This document shows, in pieces, positions 15,491-29,600 of a stretch of 64,000 nt of DNA. The position numbers were made by a program, and so were the translations under genes. The DNA is from Trichosphaerium sp. ATCC 40318 (lineage: Eukaryota; Protista; Tubulinea). The stretch lies in NCBI GenBank assembly GCA_038496445.1, contig JALMLS010000213.1, forward strand, positions 124,001 through 188,000, given 5' to 3'. Every line of letters begins with the position of its first letter. Position 1 is the first letter of the stretch. The notes under the pieces were generated by a model. That model saw only the letters and a list, made by a program, of their open reading frames with translations, did no database searches and was not told the origin of the DNA.

Positions 15491-16046
15491 GGTTTTTTGG
15501 TATTATTGTGATATTTGCCACAGTTTTCTAAGACTTACATTCAGTGAAACTGTTCTAATCATTCGCCAAAATTCCAACAAAAAAAAATCCTTGTGTCTAA
15601 AACCAAAGTACTAACTTGTTGTGTCCTTTGTATCAGTTATGCGAATGCGTTCAAGAATCTTGAAAAACTCTTTGTAAACCCGAGTCAACTGTACAAGTGG
15701 CGGAGATTTAAAAATGTTGTAAATTTCACTGGATTCTACAAACACAAAAGAGACGAAGAAAAACGAGCATTACTAGTAACTTGTTTAACAAGCTGTGAAG
15801 ATAACAGATTGTCAGTACATCTACAATCGGAGAATTTATACTACAGGTATACTTTCGCTAGGCTTAGTACATAACTAGCTTGAACTGTTTGGTCAGTTTT
15901 TTACAACGTTTTCATTCTTTGAGTCGTGTGAAATACCAAATAGGGTATTTTAAACAATATTTATTTAGTAGTTTGGATCTCAGCTATGTATATCTTATGT
16001 TATTGAAATAAACAACTTCGTTGTAGCCTTGATAGGACTATGTACA

Positions 16047-18335
16047 TTACTTCATTGGTTGTGTTAACTCATCTACTAAATGGGCAGTGTCCTTATTATT
16101 ATCTGACGGAGTCATCTCACCCACTGGAAGAGGCGGAGTACTCCCTGTGTTTAGATATACTGCAATGGCTCCAGCTACAACTAGACCAAGTCCAGCTACT
16201 ATATATGGGATAGTGTTGCCTATAAAATTGTGTTAGCTTTGTTTATCTAGTGTTGATACAGCGTACTTGGTTTCGGTCTTTGTATGTCAAGTGTCATTTT
16301 GTTTTGTTCTAGAATACCTAATTCAACTGCCATTTGCTCGCCAATGCGCCAAGCGAAACATCCGTATGATGCACCACCACTGTTGTCTGGTAGAGAGGGT
16401 CACATTTTGTTTCAAATAAAAGTTGGCGAAAGGGAAAAAAGGTGTACTTGTATCAAAGCCAGGAAAGAATATCGTATTTGCAATGATTGATTGACCTTTA
16501 CCATTAGTTCTTGGTACTTTAATTCTATACAAAGGATCATAATCTTTAGGTTTCTAAAGAGTAGGTAAGAATGAATGAATGCTAGAAAAACAAAAGCAAC
16601 ACTGACAAAAGAAAAAAAAGCAAGTGGACTTTTACACGTGTCATTGCCGAAATAGCTTGGGTTGCAAAGTGAGGGTGTTTGACAGTAAGAGCAGAAACCG
16701 TAATGATGAAAATGTTCTTAAACAAAAAAGCCAACGCACTACATGACAATCTGGAAGTCCAAAAGCAAGTAACTTTTCATGATCGTCCAAAAACTGTTCG
16801 AGTCCGTGAGTGTATCCTTCATAAAGTAAGATTAAACTGTCCGTCCACAAATAATTTTTGAAGTAACTATTACTACCTGTGGCAAGTATTGCTGCATCAA
16901 ATTCGTGTCTCTTTCCGTTAACAAGAATAATACCACTTGGTGTAAATTTATCAATGCCATGAGGGATAATTTTAACATTTCCTTCTTTGATGTGTTTGAC
17001 GAGACCCCAGTCAAGTGTAGGAAACTTCCCAGTCTTCATACTATGTGCTAAAGGGGATAGCTTCGGCTTCTTAAGTTTAAAAGCGGATAAGTCCTAAACA
17101 AGTGTGAGAAAGAAGAACGAAAGGAAAGGCGTAAAAAAATGATAGTACTTGAGACAAAAAAGACATTATTTGATCAGACTTTTCAACCTTCTCCCAAAAC
17201 TCTTTTGTATGCCTAGTAATCCACATTTCACTCTTTAAATCTTGATATTAACTGAGTATAAGTATCTGGCTAATTAATCATTACCTTTTTCAGTTAAAAG
17301 CCCAGTTAGGTTATGCATTGATTGTAAAATATAATTCATCCATTTTCCGTCTATCACGTGTACAGGGCTTCTAACTAGAACCGATACATTTGCACCGTGA
17401 TCAACCTATATCAATTAGATATCCATTACAGTATTTATTAGCAGAAATACAACGTACACAGTCAAGGGCTTGCTCAAAAGCAGAGTTTCCAGCACCAACA
17501 ACTAACACATTTTTTCCGTTAAAACTGCTTCCGTTTCTGTACTGTTTAGCATTCAAAAGCTCTTTAAATACATCAATATTACCGTTTTAAATAACCATGT
17601 ACCTCCACTAAAGCTACCAAGACCAGTTATTTCAGGAATTCGCGGAACTCTATTGACACTCGTTGCAACAGCAATTACTTTTGTTCTGTAGGTTTTTCTG
17701 TTTGTACAAACTTGCCACCTGTACGCCTTTGTTGAGTGCGTATCGTCCTTGTTATTAAAATCTCCCATAAACTTTATGCTGGTAACAGTTGTATTGCATA
17801 TCAAGTGTTCTCCTAATTTATGATGTTTGGCATACCGAGAGAGGTCTAAACGAGAGATTGTGTTAAAGAAAAATACTATCACTTCAACAACAAATCTCAA
17901 AACGTGCAATACAAACGTACAATTCAAAACTTGCTTTCGTGGTTTCAAATACTCGTATTCAGATTTCCATTGCTTGGGTGTATTCCAAAGCCACATGTAA
18001 CCTATTAAAGTCAACGACAAAAAGGACATTGAACTGCCTTCAAAAAACTCCTTAAGTTTTTTTCAAAAACAGGCAATCATCAACCTACCATTATGAAAAT
18101 GTAGTCTATCGTATAGATTACTCCAGAAATGTCCTACAATATGTTGTTTAGGTGTATTGGCTTGAAATAAGAGCTTTTTGTACTTGACATGTCTATCTGA
18201 CGCACCTACGTCGCTTCCTCGCTCAATAATAATAAATTTCTCAACGCCTGACGCTTTTAGCGCCGCAGCGGTCCCTATACCGTTCCAACCGGCGCCAATT
18301 ACAATTGCATCCAATGTTTCGTAAGTTTGCGCCAT
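16047..18335 (-). CDS. Flavin-containing monooxygenase (FMO/YUCCA-like, class B) with C-terminal membrane anchor
   Basis: FAD motif VIGAGWNG, W...YDRL, NADPH motif VVGAGNSA, ILATGY; terminal hydrophobic helix IPYIVAGLGLVVAGAIAVYL. Confidence 0.85.
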
Positions 18336-18897
18336 CTGTTGTCTCTTTAGTCTATACTTAACATTTATGAACTCACTCTTTTCACTGAAGTTACACCTGA
18401 GTTGACAACTAGATTGTCGATTCCAATCAAATTATTCAGTTCGGATTCTCCAGTTAATAAATAAAGAAATTCCGTGGCAAGCACGCGCTGTACTTTATAC
18501 CTAAATCAGTGCGCGCGTAGTTTTGGTTGGAAGAAACCACAGGCACTGTTAGATTCACTTGTTCTTGTTAGTCCAACACTGCCAGATTGGAGGAGACTCC
18601 GTCTAGCTCGGCTGCGATCCAACGCAGCCATAGAAAATCCCAAGCCTTTACAACCATGAAGGCCCATCTACAAACTAGCCCCTCTTATCAAACGCTGGTA
18701 AAATACTACTTGTACCGTCATTATTTTTTTTCCAACGAGAGCCTATTTATGAGGAAAAACTTAGAAGCAGAGCAATCTAGTATGCCCATACCATGGTTTT
18801 AAGGGTTTTTTAAATCCATTGGTGACGATGATTGTTAGTAAAAATAAAAGACAATGAAGGACAGTGTTGTTTTTTATTTGGTTACGAACAACAAGCT

Positions 18898-19832
18898 TTA
18901 AAATTTTTCAACGTTTCTCTTTTCCTGACCCTTTGCTCTTGATGCGAGAAGCATAAAAACAAGCGTAAAACCACCAACAATACCATAAATAAGCATGATA
19001 CCTAGCTCAGCTTGAACAGATTTTGGTTGAGTGTAAGGAGAGTTCCCAGATTCGTAAATCCTAGTAACAAAAATCACGTGACAAGAACATTTCAAAAAAA
19101 AAAACAAAACCAAAGCGTACAGATTCATATCGTAATAAGCAGCACCAAAGACGAAGAAAAACGATATCGTGAGGGCCAACGTCCACTATACGTTGTTAGT
19201 ACAAAAAACCGGCGGTTCAAAGCAAAGAAAGTTGTATCGGGTGATAACGTCCCCAACTGTTTTAGATACAAACACCATAACGCTACGTACCACAGTGACC
19301 ATTAAAGAGTTCAAACAACACGCCACCATGACAATACCAGCAATACCGATAGCCACACCCATCAGACCGCCCTGAGGTTGATTAGTCGCGTACGAGAAAC
19401 GGAGAACGAAGAGCACAATACAAAAAAAAAGTATCGGCTTTTGTAACTTACCCAAACGGCAAAACCGGTGCTAAGGTCTTCAGGGTTACAGAATGTCCTC
19501 TTTTCAGGTAGTACTGTATCATTTCCAGGGCCTGTAACGTTTCCAGGCGCTGTATACCAATCCACACATGTTTGATGTTGACGTCTGTATCCTGCTGCGC
19601 CGATAACACAAATAGAAACAAACTAGTATGATATCGTTAGAAAACACAAAACAACAAAAAAGATCTTGCTTTTGCTTTGGTGACGCTGAAAATTTTTAAA
19701 AAGCGTTGATGTGGCGTGGTGACCGCAAATTGAGGATCAAAAGCTGAGAAAGTTCGTTTTGTATCGGAGATACGGATCTTTTAGAAAAATGAAGAATTTG
19801 GCGCGTTGACACTCGGTTGGATGGTTTTCATT
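18898..19832 (-). CDS. Hypothetical small multi-pass membrane protein (5' end uncertain)
   Basis: Exons splice to FVSICVIGAAGY...GFAVW|GGLMGVAIGIAGIVMVACC...|WTLALTISFFFVFGAAYY...|ELGIMLIYGIVGGFTLVFMLLA...KF*. Confidence 0.55.
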
Positions 19833-20086
19833 CTTGAGATTTATCACGTGATTGTTTTGAAAAAAAAGGGGAGAAGGAGAAGATTAGATGTAACTTACGA
19901 TAAGGATAGCGCAGGTGGTAGCTACTAAGAATTTTATAAAGGCTGCAGTGCACATGTTACGTTGTGAAGATATAAAAAACAGATAACTGTTGTGGTGCAC
20001 AAAAACCTGCGTTCAAAGCAAGTCAATAGAACTTATTTAGTTAACAATTTAGCTGTTGTACAATCGTTGTTCAGTAACTTGTGTAG

Positions 20087-21001
20087 TTACTGGTGGCTAT
20101 AGCTTTGTACGTTTTCTTCTGAAGTAGAGAGGGATTGATATGATTGGACTTCCGAATGACTTGATTCTTCACCAACTGATGGGTTAATTTCCAATAAACT
20201 TGAGTCACTGCTTACTGAGCTTGAAGAACTTGAGCTTTCATCATAAGAAAGTTGTTGTGGTGTCCTAATACTCACACTATCACTACTACATGAGCATATC
20301 GTTGGACAATGATTACAGGTTGTGGTAAAACAATGGAGACAGCTTTTTTCACATAGGATACAGCACGTGGTTTCACATATATCACACGCCACATCGCCAC
20401 CAACCTTTGGCTCATTCACGCAGTTTTTTTCAACAATTCTGTTTCTTCTTTTGTTACAACTTGGACATATTCTCGGCAGTACCCATGAAAGAGGAGGTCG
20501 CCCATTTTCAGAACATAAAGCACAATGAACTGTTATCCATAAGAATCCAACCTCAACTGATGCTATGCGACTCCATACACGCGCATGATCAAGGCCAACG
20601 CATATAGGACATGGTAGACACGGGTATTTATAAGACAAGTCGAATGATTGAGATCTTGACTCCAGTGTAAGAAGAGTGTTCCGCAAAGAAAGTGGATTTA
20701 AAATAGCTTCGGGACGTATATACTTCTTAATATAGGTAAAGACTTTCTTGAATTCTGATTCTATGTATGCCATGGATGCAGATGCGCCATGAAAGTATTT
20801 GGAAGTCCAAGAAAAATATATTAGAGATTGCAGGTCAACACAAAGTAGTATCATCTCTAACAGCTCTGGAATGTACAGTACAAACGGTGTTTCTGGTGTT
20901 GACGGCTTGTGGCCCGCTTGTAGATTTAACGGTGCTAACCTTTGTGGTACAGATACGTTTCTAACAATGAGGGTAACGCGCCTACGCTTTGGTGTTGTCA
21001 T
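20087..21001 (-). CDS. Intronless F-box-like, Cys-rich protein
   Basis: 304-aa ORF; LYIPELLEMILLCVDLQSLIYFSWTSKYF is F-box-like; many CxxC pairs; N-terminal PKRRRV; Ser-rich tail. Confidence 0.65.
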   Translation of the reverse strand: MTTPKRRRVTLIVRNVSVPQRLAPLNLQAGHKPSTPETPFVLYIPELLEMILLCVDLQSLIYFSWTSKYFHGASASMAYIESEFKKVFTYIKKYIRPEAILNPLSLRNTLLTLESRSQSFDLSYKYPCLPCPICVGLDHARVWSRIASVEVGFLWITVHCALCSENGRPPLSWVLPRICPSCNKRRNRIVEKNCVNEPKVGGDVACDICETTCCILCEKSCLHCFTTTCNHCPTICSCSSDSVSIRTPQQLSYDESSSSSSSVSSDSSLLEINPSVGEESSHSEVQSYQSLSTSEENVQSYSHQ

Positions 21002-21723
21002 TTGCTGTAGGTAAGCAAAAGTGATCGTCTTGGTTCAGCAGAGTTACTTGAATATTACCCACTGTGACTTATAGTGGTTAAGTTTTTCAAAAACTGTTAG
21101 TCTAACATGACAAACTACGATGAATTTAGCCTTTGAATTCACTAAGATTAACCTTAGGAAACCAAGTAAGTTCTCGTTTACGAGGAAAAATTGGCAACTA
21201 TTCTTTACTGGATTTCACTTTTTTGTAGTAAGAATAGCATGTTTATAAAGTAATTTTGTCGTAATAGTTGCATATTGAGTGGTGAGTTAAAGGTTGACTG
21301 TTATAATGTGTTTAGCACTGGACTGAATTTATGGCTGGTTGCGAATTGCGTAAGTTAAGAGTGTGGCTAATAAATTTGATATCAGCATTCTGACTGGTTG
21401 GTATGTTTACACATTGCACAAGTAAGGCAGTAATAGTAGTTGTGTTAAATTTAATCGAGTTGGCAGCATTTCTCGATTATGATTCTACAAAATTGAACTT
21501 TTCAAAATTTCACGTGATGATCACACGTATGTACCTGCTTAGCATGGTTTTTGTTGTACTCTTTGTTGTTAATTTGATTGCTTTTGCTATCATTTCATTC
21601 GGCGTGTCAAAAACGTGCAATAGTTTTCGGGTATCACGAAGGCCAGAGGCTATTCAGAACGCTGGATGATTGCGCGTATGTTCTAGCAAGATACTATGGG
21701 CTGTATTATCAACGCACGCACAG

Positions 21724-22021
21724 TTTAAAAGGTTGGAGAACCAACTGAAAAAAGAGACAATGGAATCTCTCTTGCCATTCGCCGATTCATTTCTAGAGAG
21801 GAATTTGAAGCGATTTATAGCACGCGTAATGATTGGGCGCATTTCAATCAGCAGTTTGATTTGCCAGAGTTCAAGCTAAAAATCGATAAATTAGTTCGAA
21901 ACCTACAGCCAATACTTCTGGAGTGCATTGTAAGTGGGTTGGACTTTTGAAACTGGTTAGTATGAGGAATGATTAGGCGCATTTCAACCAGCAGTTTGGT
22001 TTACCTGAGTACAAGTCCTAA
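21724..22021 (+). pseudogene. Decayed HEPN-like (RNxxAH) gene relic with partial duplication
   Basis: Frame at 21801-21950 reads EFEAIYSTRNDWAHFNQQFDLPEFK; second copy at about 21965-22021 reads RND*AHFNQQFGLPEYK. Confidence 0.4.
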
Positions 22022-22619
22022 TCTGCACATTTCTATGCCTCCCTGAGTCAAAGCCATACTGGTGGATGTTTCATTAGTTCTGAAGCGCTCTTAGGGTTGT
22101 CTCCTGGGCGAAAGCTATGTCTAATTTTCATTCTTCCTGCATGTGCTATAGCGTTTGAGGAACTTGTTCTCAACTCATTTATAAATGTTGTCGTTAGCTG
22201 TTGTATGGTATAGGCACTTGAGTAAAATATGAATAAGAAAACTCGTGCAATCTGTTTCACGTGTTTTTGGAACACGTTTTTATTTTATGAACATTTTATA
22301 TTTTGTTGTGATTATATTGTTACTAATTCTAAGAGAGCAGCAGTGTACAATAGTCTGCACGCGAGGCGTGATATTTCAGTGTTACTTCAACAAAATGCCG
22401 ACACGTGAACCTAATACCACAGTGTGTCTACGGAGCTACTGTGGTAATTCATTGCCAACAAGAAAGAGTTGTATGTTAACTATTATGGTATAAGGTTGCA
22501 CCTCACCGAGAGAGCGATTGTGTTAATACGCTTTTAGCGCAATGGTTTATAAGATATGACACTATATATACATAACACGTTCTATTTCATGAAGCAATCT
22601 ATTTTATTTGTACAAAGAT

Positions 22620-23359
22620 TTAATCAGAAAGAAGTGAAGGATCATCAAAGGCCTCGAGCGCGACACCAAGCTTCTTTTTCCTATCTTTAGTGATAACACG
22701 AACGTATGGTTTTAGTAGTTTAGCAAAATCATTTATGTTCTTCCTGCCAACTCCAAAGCAAGGTGTAGTTCCTAAAAGCCTTTAGATCAATTTCAACTTG
22801 ACTTTATTTTGTAGACATACCTTTACCGTCTGGATCACGTGCGTAGAGTCGTACTTGATCTTTAGATGTCTTGTTTGTGATTTTTCCCATTGTCCATTGT
22901 TTATCTCCGCGAAGTACAAGTGGAATACAATGATTAGGCTGTCCAATAGGACCTGCAAGAATAAGTACAAAAAGGAGAAATTATCAAAGATTACCTCTGG
23001 CTTCTTCATATAGTACAAGAAGAGCATTCTGAACTCTTTCGTCTTCCTTTTGAACATAGACCATTATAAAACAAGGTGTTGGCTTTGCACGACTTGCTGT
23101 TTTGAACATATGAAATGGCCTAACAAGAATAAGTATGTGACACAGTTTTCATTGTATAGTACCAATAGCCAATAGGAGATATGATGGTGTCAGCATTATT
23201 TACCTCTTCTTGAAGTGATTTTAAGTCGGATTGAACACCTCCAATGGCAGTTGGTCCGAAGTAGTGTCCTTTAATTTTGATTGTCTAAAAATCACGTGTT
23301 AGTAAAAGAAAAACAATGTCAGTACGATAGTAAATACATACGCTTTCAGAGTCAGACAT
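22620..23359 (-). CDS. Hypothetical protein, 5 exons
   Basis: MSDSES|TIKIKGHYFGP...PIGYW|PFHMFKTASRAKP...EEAR|GPIGQPNHCIPL...|GTTPCFGVG...DDPSLLSD*; phases consistent, no confident family. Confidence 0.6.
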
Positions 23360-23811
23360 TTGGTTGAGTTGTTTGTGTGGTAGTTGTTGTTCTTGTTGAT
23401 TGTTTTTGAATATGTTTTTAAGTACATGGTAAACTTGTGCCTTAACTCCTTTCACTTAAATCTCGAACGTCTCTTTTTACCACGTTCTTATCTCGGACTG
23501 TCTGAGTATTATATTTCAATGGAATCCATATTGGCGCATTAGGAAGCGACTACTAATACTTCGAGAAGAAGCGGGTAAGATCAAAAGAAAATATATGACA
23601 TCATACATCAGGCTTCTTGTAATATGGAGAGCGACAACTCTCCGTGTTACACGCGATATCAGAGCGTAGTATTACATGTACTATCCTGACAATAAATAAT
23701 TGACTAGCATGGTGCATTGGGTGGTTTCAGGTTATCTAGTACGCTATCACTCTATTTTGTAGCAAACACGTGCCTTAAGTGATTGTAAAAGGTTAACTAT
23801 TCTCAACGCAA

Positions 23812-24613
23812 ATGTCTAGCAATAAGAAGGCCATAACAGACCAATTTAGCCCAAAACTAGGTCTACAACTATTTTATCGCTGTGTTGATAATTTAAACGA
23901 TATAGTCTCAGAAGCGCTTTACCGCGACTACAGAATTGTTGTTAACTTAAAAATAACAAGTAAACAATAAATCAACGTATTGAGAATAATCCAGCAACAA
24001 CAAAAACGAATGTTCTACAGTTTGCTGGATTGCTTCAAAGACCGGTTAATAGACTTGGCTACTAGCACTGATAGGGTCATTTTGGATACATTATTTTATT
24101 TGAAGATGACTTTTACGCGTTTGCATGTTCATAAGGGCGAGAAATACTGCGCTAATTGCGTTTACGACAACCCAAACCTTGTATTCCAAAGGATCACAGG
24201 TATTTAATTCGTGATAGCAATGGTTAACGTACGTTCAGTAAGTACAAAAAATTTACTGACGAAGCCACTAAGTATTGTTGGTGAAATTTCCCAAAAGAAT
24301 CCGCAATGATGTCTTGACAGAAAACTTTGGTAGAGCGAACAACGTACTGAAACACAGACATCATTACGTGTTATTGCACTTTATTTACACGTTTTTAAAG
24401 TCTAATATGAACTTATTAAGAGACTTTCCCTACTTGTTTAAAAAGCAGGATTGGAAAAATGATATTCACAAAGACTACAAACAGAGTGTCTACAAAAAAT
24501 ACAATGCAATAATATCGCAAAACACTGACAAGTCATATACTTTATGCTATCGCTGTTTTAGATGACGTCACGTGTATCATGATCGTCGACTAGGAACAGT
24601 AAAATGCTTGTAA
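23812..24613 (+). CDS. Hypothetical protein (structure uncertain)
   Basis: Open segments from the ATG at 23812 and ORFs 23980 and 24275, separated by plausible GT-AG introns; no motif recognised. Confidence 0.35.
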
Positions 24614-24749
24614 TAGTCTTTTTAAACAATTACCTTAAGCAATAGATGTTGTTCTGGTGCAACAATCATGCACTAGACATAAAAGTTTTCCATTTTGTTG
24701 ATCAGCAAAAAACAGGTTTACTGGCTACAAGTACAACTCTCCTTACCTA

Positions 24750-26250
24750 ATGCAGCACAAACTAAATCGGACCACATTTGACTTTTTACGAGGTTTTATT
24801 CCATTAACCTCCACGAACAGGCGTTGTAAACAAACTTTGGAGACTACAAAAATGCGTGACATGAAGATCAAAGTAGATAAACAGGTTGAAATCCTACTTT
24901 CAAAGGACCGATTGCACCATGTAGAAGCAAAAACGCAAATAGCGTTATTTTCGCATGCTATCGTTTGTGTGGTGCGTTTGCGGACAAACCTATGTTGTGT
25001 GCTTACAGTATTGCTTATTTGATCAGGTTGTCGCTTGTATTGGTATTGGTTGTACTGTGGCTTTCCGTAACTTGTTCCCAAATAGACAACCAGGATTTGT
25101 AGCGTTGACGTTCCGTACGATTGTGGTTTTTATTCAAAAACCCCTTTAACGCGTATTGGACCCTCTTTCTAACTTGTACACAGTACCACCTGTGCTTTGG
25201 AACTTAGTTGTTGCACCAGCTGGGATTCTCACGTTGTACCTTCCAGAACCACACGCTCATAGATCAGGTATAGCTGTACGTACTTTTTGAGGACTAAAAC
25301 CGATTTTCTGCCCGAATCTCCGAACAAAAACAAAAAACCTAAAAACAGTTGAAGTTCGTTTTCTACCCTTCTTCTTTGTTACTTGTGCTTACCACGTTAC
25401 AGGTATATGTACTAGCAGGTATTGGATCTGGTATACGTACGTTTTAAATAGTTTTGAAGTTATGTTTTTGGGTTTTTTTCTAACTGTTGGATTTATTTTC
25501 AGTTCTTCCGACCTGGCTCATTTTAATGCTTACACAAAGCCGTGTTTGTTTTGATGGAAATGATTGCTTTTGGTTATATTACATAATGGCGCCTGTATTT
25601 ATAGTACAAATAGGTGTATGGGCACGTGTTTTGAAATAGTTTTTTGTGAATTGCTAGCTGTTGATTTCCTTCCAAACCCACGTCATAGCGTTCCATAGCC
25701 CAATGTTAGAGCGTCATGTATAAGCGATAGCATAGCAAAGCTAATGATCGCGATGACAACAGGAATATTAAACTGTTTCTTCTATCAGCAGAAACAATGT
25801 ACACAACATCTAATACTTTTTTTTTAGATAGCAGGGATTGTGATTGTTCGTATACATTTACCTCACCAAAAGCGTCGTATTCAAAAGCTACAGCATGATT
25901 TGACACCCCAAACCTCAAGATCTATTGGTATACGCACAGCAAGAACAATAAAGAAACGTGAGAGTCAGAGCGATGGTCTTGAGATTACAGCTTCTGATGA
26001 TAACACTGAAGATACAAGAGAAGATAAAACAATTGAAGAATCAATCGAGCGTCCTGATTTCGTTCTAAGTACAACCAGGTTGGATACTGATGGTATTTGT
26101 ACTCCTAGATCGCCTAGAAGTGATAAAGATCAATCAGATATGGATTTAGAGAATCCAGTATCAAGGAGGCTTAGTGGGTCAAAGAAAGTGTTCTTGGATG
26201 CTCGAAAAGAAAGGTTTAAGAAGAATCTTACTAAGTCGTCAAAGTTTTGA
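24750..26250 (+). CDS. Hypothetical four-TM membrane protein with charged cytoplasmic tail
   Basis: Spliced: IALFSHAIVCV|VVACIGIGC...ALTF|LPPVLWNLVVAPAGILTLYL...GIA|VYVLAGIGS|VLPTWLILML...CFWLYYIMAPVFIVQI|AGIVIVR then a hydrophilic last exon. Confidence 0.6.
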
Positions 26251-26607
26251 TTGTGATTGGAGAAGGGGAGTGTACAATAAACGAAAGATGTAAATACGGA
26301 ATAATACTTTCGTCCACAAGGTGTTTGTTTCCTTTTATGGAGTTAAAATATCGTTTTAGTTTCCTTAGTACATACAGCAAACACAATCTTTAACGTTTTT
26401 GTTTAACAGCCATTTGAATTTGTTGGCCTCGCGTGTACTAGTTACTTGGTCTGTTGATCGTCGTGATTTGTCAACATCGTTGTACGTGTGAATAGGTTTG
26501 ACACATTTGATTGCAATCTAGTAGGAAAGACGCCAATAAATGAATGGACAATGAGAAAGCTTCAAAATATTTTATTAACAATTGCTCTTTTTTTTAATTG
26601 AAATATA

Positions 26608-29600
26608 CTACACCGCGGGAGAAAACCTCTTTTTTGTCCCTTTTCTATACTTTTTATCGTCACTATCTGCTCTTCTTTTCTCTGATGAACCAAAAAATTT
26701 ACCAAGCTTAGATATACTATTACGTCTCTTCATCTTTGCTCTTAATGATCTAGACTTTGAGTTTTCTTCACTTGCCAAAGTTATTGCTTTTTCTAACTTC
26801 TCTACCATCTCATCACCTTCTTTTACAAGATCAATCTCGTATTTACTAGCTAGAGCATTCTTAGATTTCCTTCTTTGAACCCTTACTCTTCTCTTAAGGT
26901 TTTTACCAGGCTTGCCAGTGCTCAACTAAAAAAGAAAAAATTAGAACAAGTTTTCACTGAGAGAACATGAAGTGTCAAGTTTTGTTTTTTTTGAGCAATA
27001 AATAAACAGAAATAGCAAAAAATAAGGCATACATCTTTTTCTTCGCGGACTGACGTTATAGTGGAGCTATCTAAAGAATTACTTCTCTTACCTGTAGCAA
27101 CAGAATCAACAAGTCTATGTCTTGGTGATGCATAAGTAATATCTTCAGATATACTTAAATCTGTGCCCTCAGAGTTATTTGAGTGGAATGGTGATATAGA
27201 AGATAATGAAGGGCTTGTTGTAACTAATCCAGGGTATCTAAGCGCTGAAGACATCTCGGCTTTCAACCTATAAAAAGAAGAAAAAATCAGCAAACACGTG
27301 GCGTTAAATGAAACAAAAGTAAAAAAAAAGAAGAAAAAAGGTTTGGGATTGGAGATTTGGATAACTACTAAACACCACGTACGTCTTTATTTTATTTTCA
27401 ACTCGTTTATCTATTCGTTTTTCAAAATGTCTAACACGTGTTGTAACAGAGTCCATTCTTGAGATAAGTTCTTGCATTTTTTCTGCAATTAGATTAATCT
27501 CACTTGATCCCTTTTGACCTCTTGCTGATTGAACTTCTGCTGTACGTTCTAGTACTTGTTCTGTAACCTTTATAATAAATCGTAAGAACATATAAAACAA
27601 AACAGAATCCATCCAAAATGAGATAAAAGGCGTACAGCAGTGATCAACTCTTTTCTTGCCATAAATATAACACTTCCTTCCTCTTGAGTAACAATAGACG
27701 ATTTAGATCCTTGTGTTACCTTTTCTACTTCTTCCATTCTCTTATATAGGTCACCAATGAGTTCAACCATCGGTACACCATTAGGTTCTGTACGCATAAC
27801 AGTCCTATTAAAATTTACTCTCAAATCTTCATGTTTTATAGTCAAAGCATCTAAAGAAGCTTGAAGTCTCTTATTCTTTTGTGCAAGCGCATCTCTACCC
27901 TTAAAGCATGTTTAGTTAGTTGTTGTTCTGTAGTAACATGCAGTTGTAATAACCCCTACCTCTTTAGCTTGCTTTGCAACCTTCAATAAACCTTCGTTTT
28001 GTTTTATAGTCTCACTAAGTAAGTCACGAAGTTTTGATACTTCTTTATGAAGTGAAGATATCTCTCTACGGTTATTATGACGCGGAGATTTACTTGATTT
28101 TGGTACTCTCACGTGGTTAACGTGAGAAGGATCTACTGATTCAAATATAGCTTTTAGTTTATCAGCATCATAAGGCTAAACAAGTTAGTCAACGCTGAAC
28201 AATAATGGTGTAATTAAAAAAAAATGATTATGTCGTCTCGTACGTTTTTATACTCCCTTAAACGCTGTGCTATGATATCCCATGATTGTAGTACTATAGT
28301 AGATAGTGCTTTAATACATATTTCTTTTCCTGTGGAGAGAAAAGGGGTTAGGATAGTTATTGTCAAAAAAAGTCTATAATAGAACCAACAAACAAAAATC
28401 GACTTGTAATTGCATACGTTCTTGTGATACACGTTGTGTTATGGATATATCACTATCGACCCAAGTAGCCTTTCTTGGAGGTATGTAGTATTGTTTCCTA
28501 GTAGATCTCCCACCAGATTGCGACTGTGATCGCCTACGACTGAAAGAAAATGTCAAAAAAAAAAACGAACAAAAAAAACTTGTTTTGCGCTTTACCCTGG
28601 TTCTGGGGATAATGACGGTTGACTGTGTGGTGATTCTATAGAATGTGTATCTGAGGTCATAGCTCTTTGTCTTGTATTTGATGCAGGTAACGATGATACG
28701 ATTTCAAGATACATTTTTACAGAGTTCATATTATCGTTTATAAAGTCACAGAATTGTGCCATGTATGCCTTTAGAATACAATTAGTAAGAACAAAAGACA
28801 TGTATATATATACGATAGGTCTTTAGGGTTGTATGTGGATAGTTTTTAATGGATGTAAATGTAGGTACCTCTTTATTTGCAGAAACAAAAACAAGATTTG
28901 CCATATTTTGAAGCACTTTTGATATTAATACAAGTCCACGTCTTGTTTCGGGATTTACAGGTTTTCCTTTAAGGATATAAGCAACAGTAGGTTGGGTAAA
29001 GTATTTACAACAAGTGATAGAAAAAGAAACGCGTGCGAGGCGAGAATGACGCAAGGAGAAAAAAAATCCGAAACGACAAGTTAAGAAAATCTGGACGTAC
29101 CGTTTGACAAATTGTGTGCGTCAGGAGTCACAACAGCAGGACATATGAACCGTAGAAAAGCGAAATTGCCTACGGCAATGACTTCATTACCTGGAAAGTG
29201 CTCTGCAACCTTTATACGTAACATATTAAATATTACACGAAGTACTCTAATGAGTGTTAATATTAACGGTTGATTTAATCTCTGACGTATAGACACGTAC
29301 ACTGGACATTCGTTTGCTGTCTTTAGTAGAGCGTTTATAAGTTTAGAGAGTAGTTTGTGTAGTTTTTCTAAATTACTCTTGGCTTTATCTTTTGGTATTT
29401 TATTTGGGTCTATCTGTAGCGTGTTTTGTTAGTATTTTGATCGCTTTGTGCGTTTTGTGTTTTTATCAAACTAAAGGTATTTGTGATAGTCGCACCTCAA
29501 AACTACTCGCTTTCGCTGATAACACATCGTTTAATGGCCCTGAAAGGACCAGTGCTAAATACTGACCTCCAAGGTTTTTGAACAAACTATCCAAAAGTAT

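Noticed and set aside
15593-15874. Isolated ORFs at 15593-15874 and 18474-18802
   Set aside because: No credible start, splice structure or motif; could be relics but unsupported
22048-22275. ORF ending SASELMKHP, like a kinase subdomain XI remnant
   Set aside because: Too short and no other kinase motifs nearby
24743-25260. Minus-strand ORFs such as 24743-25081
   Set aside because: Shadow of the plus-strand four-TM gene, whose exons splice consistently
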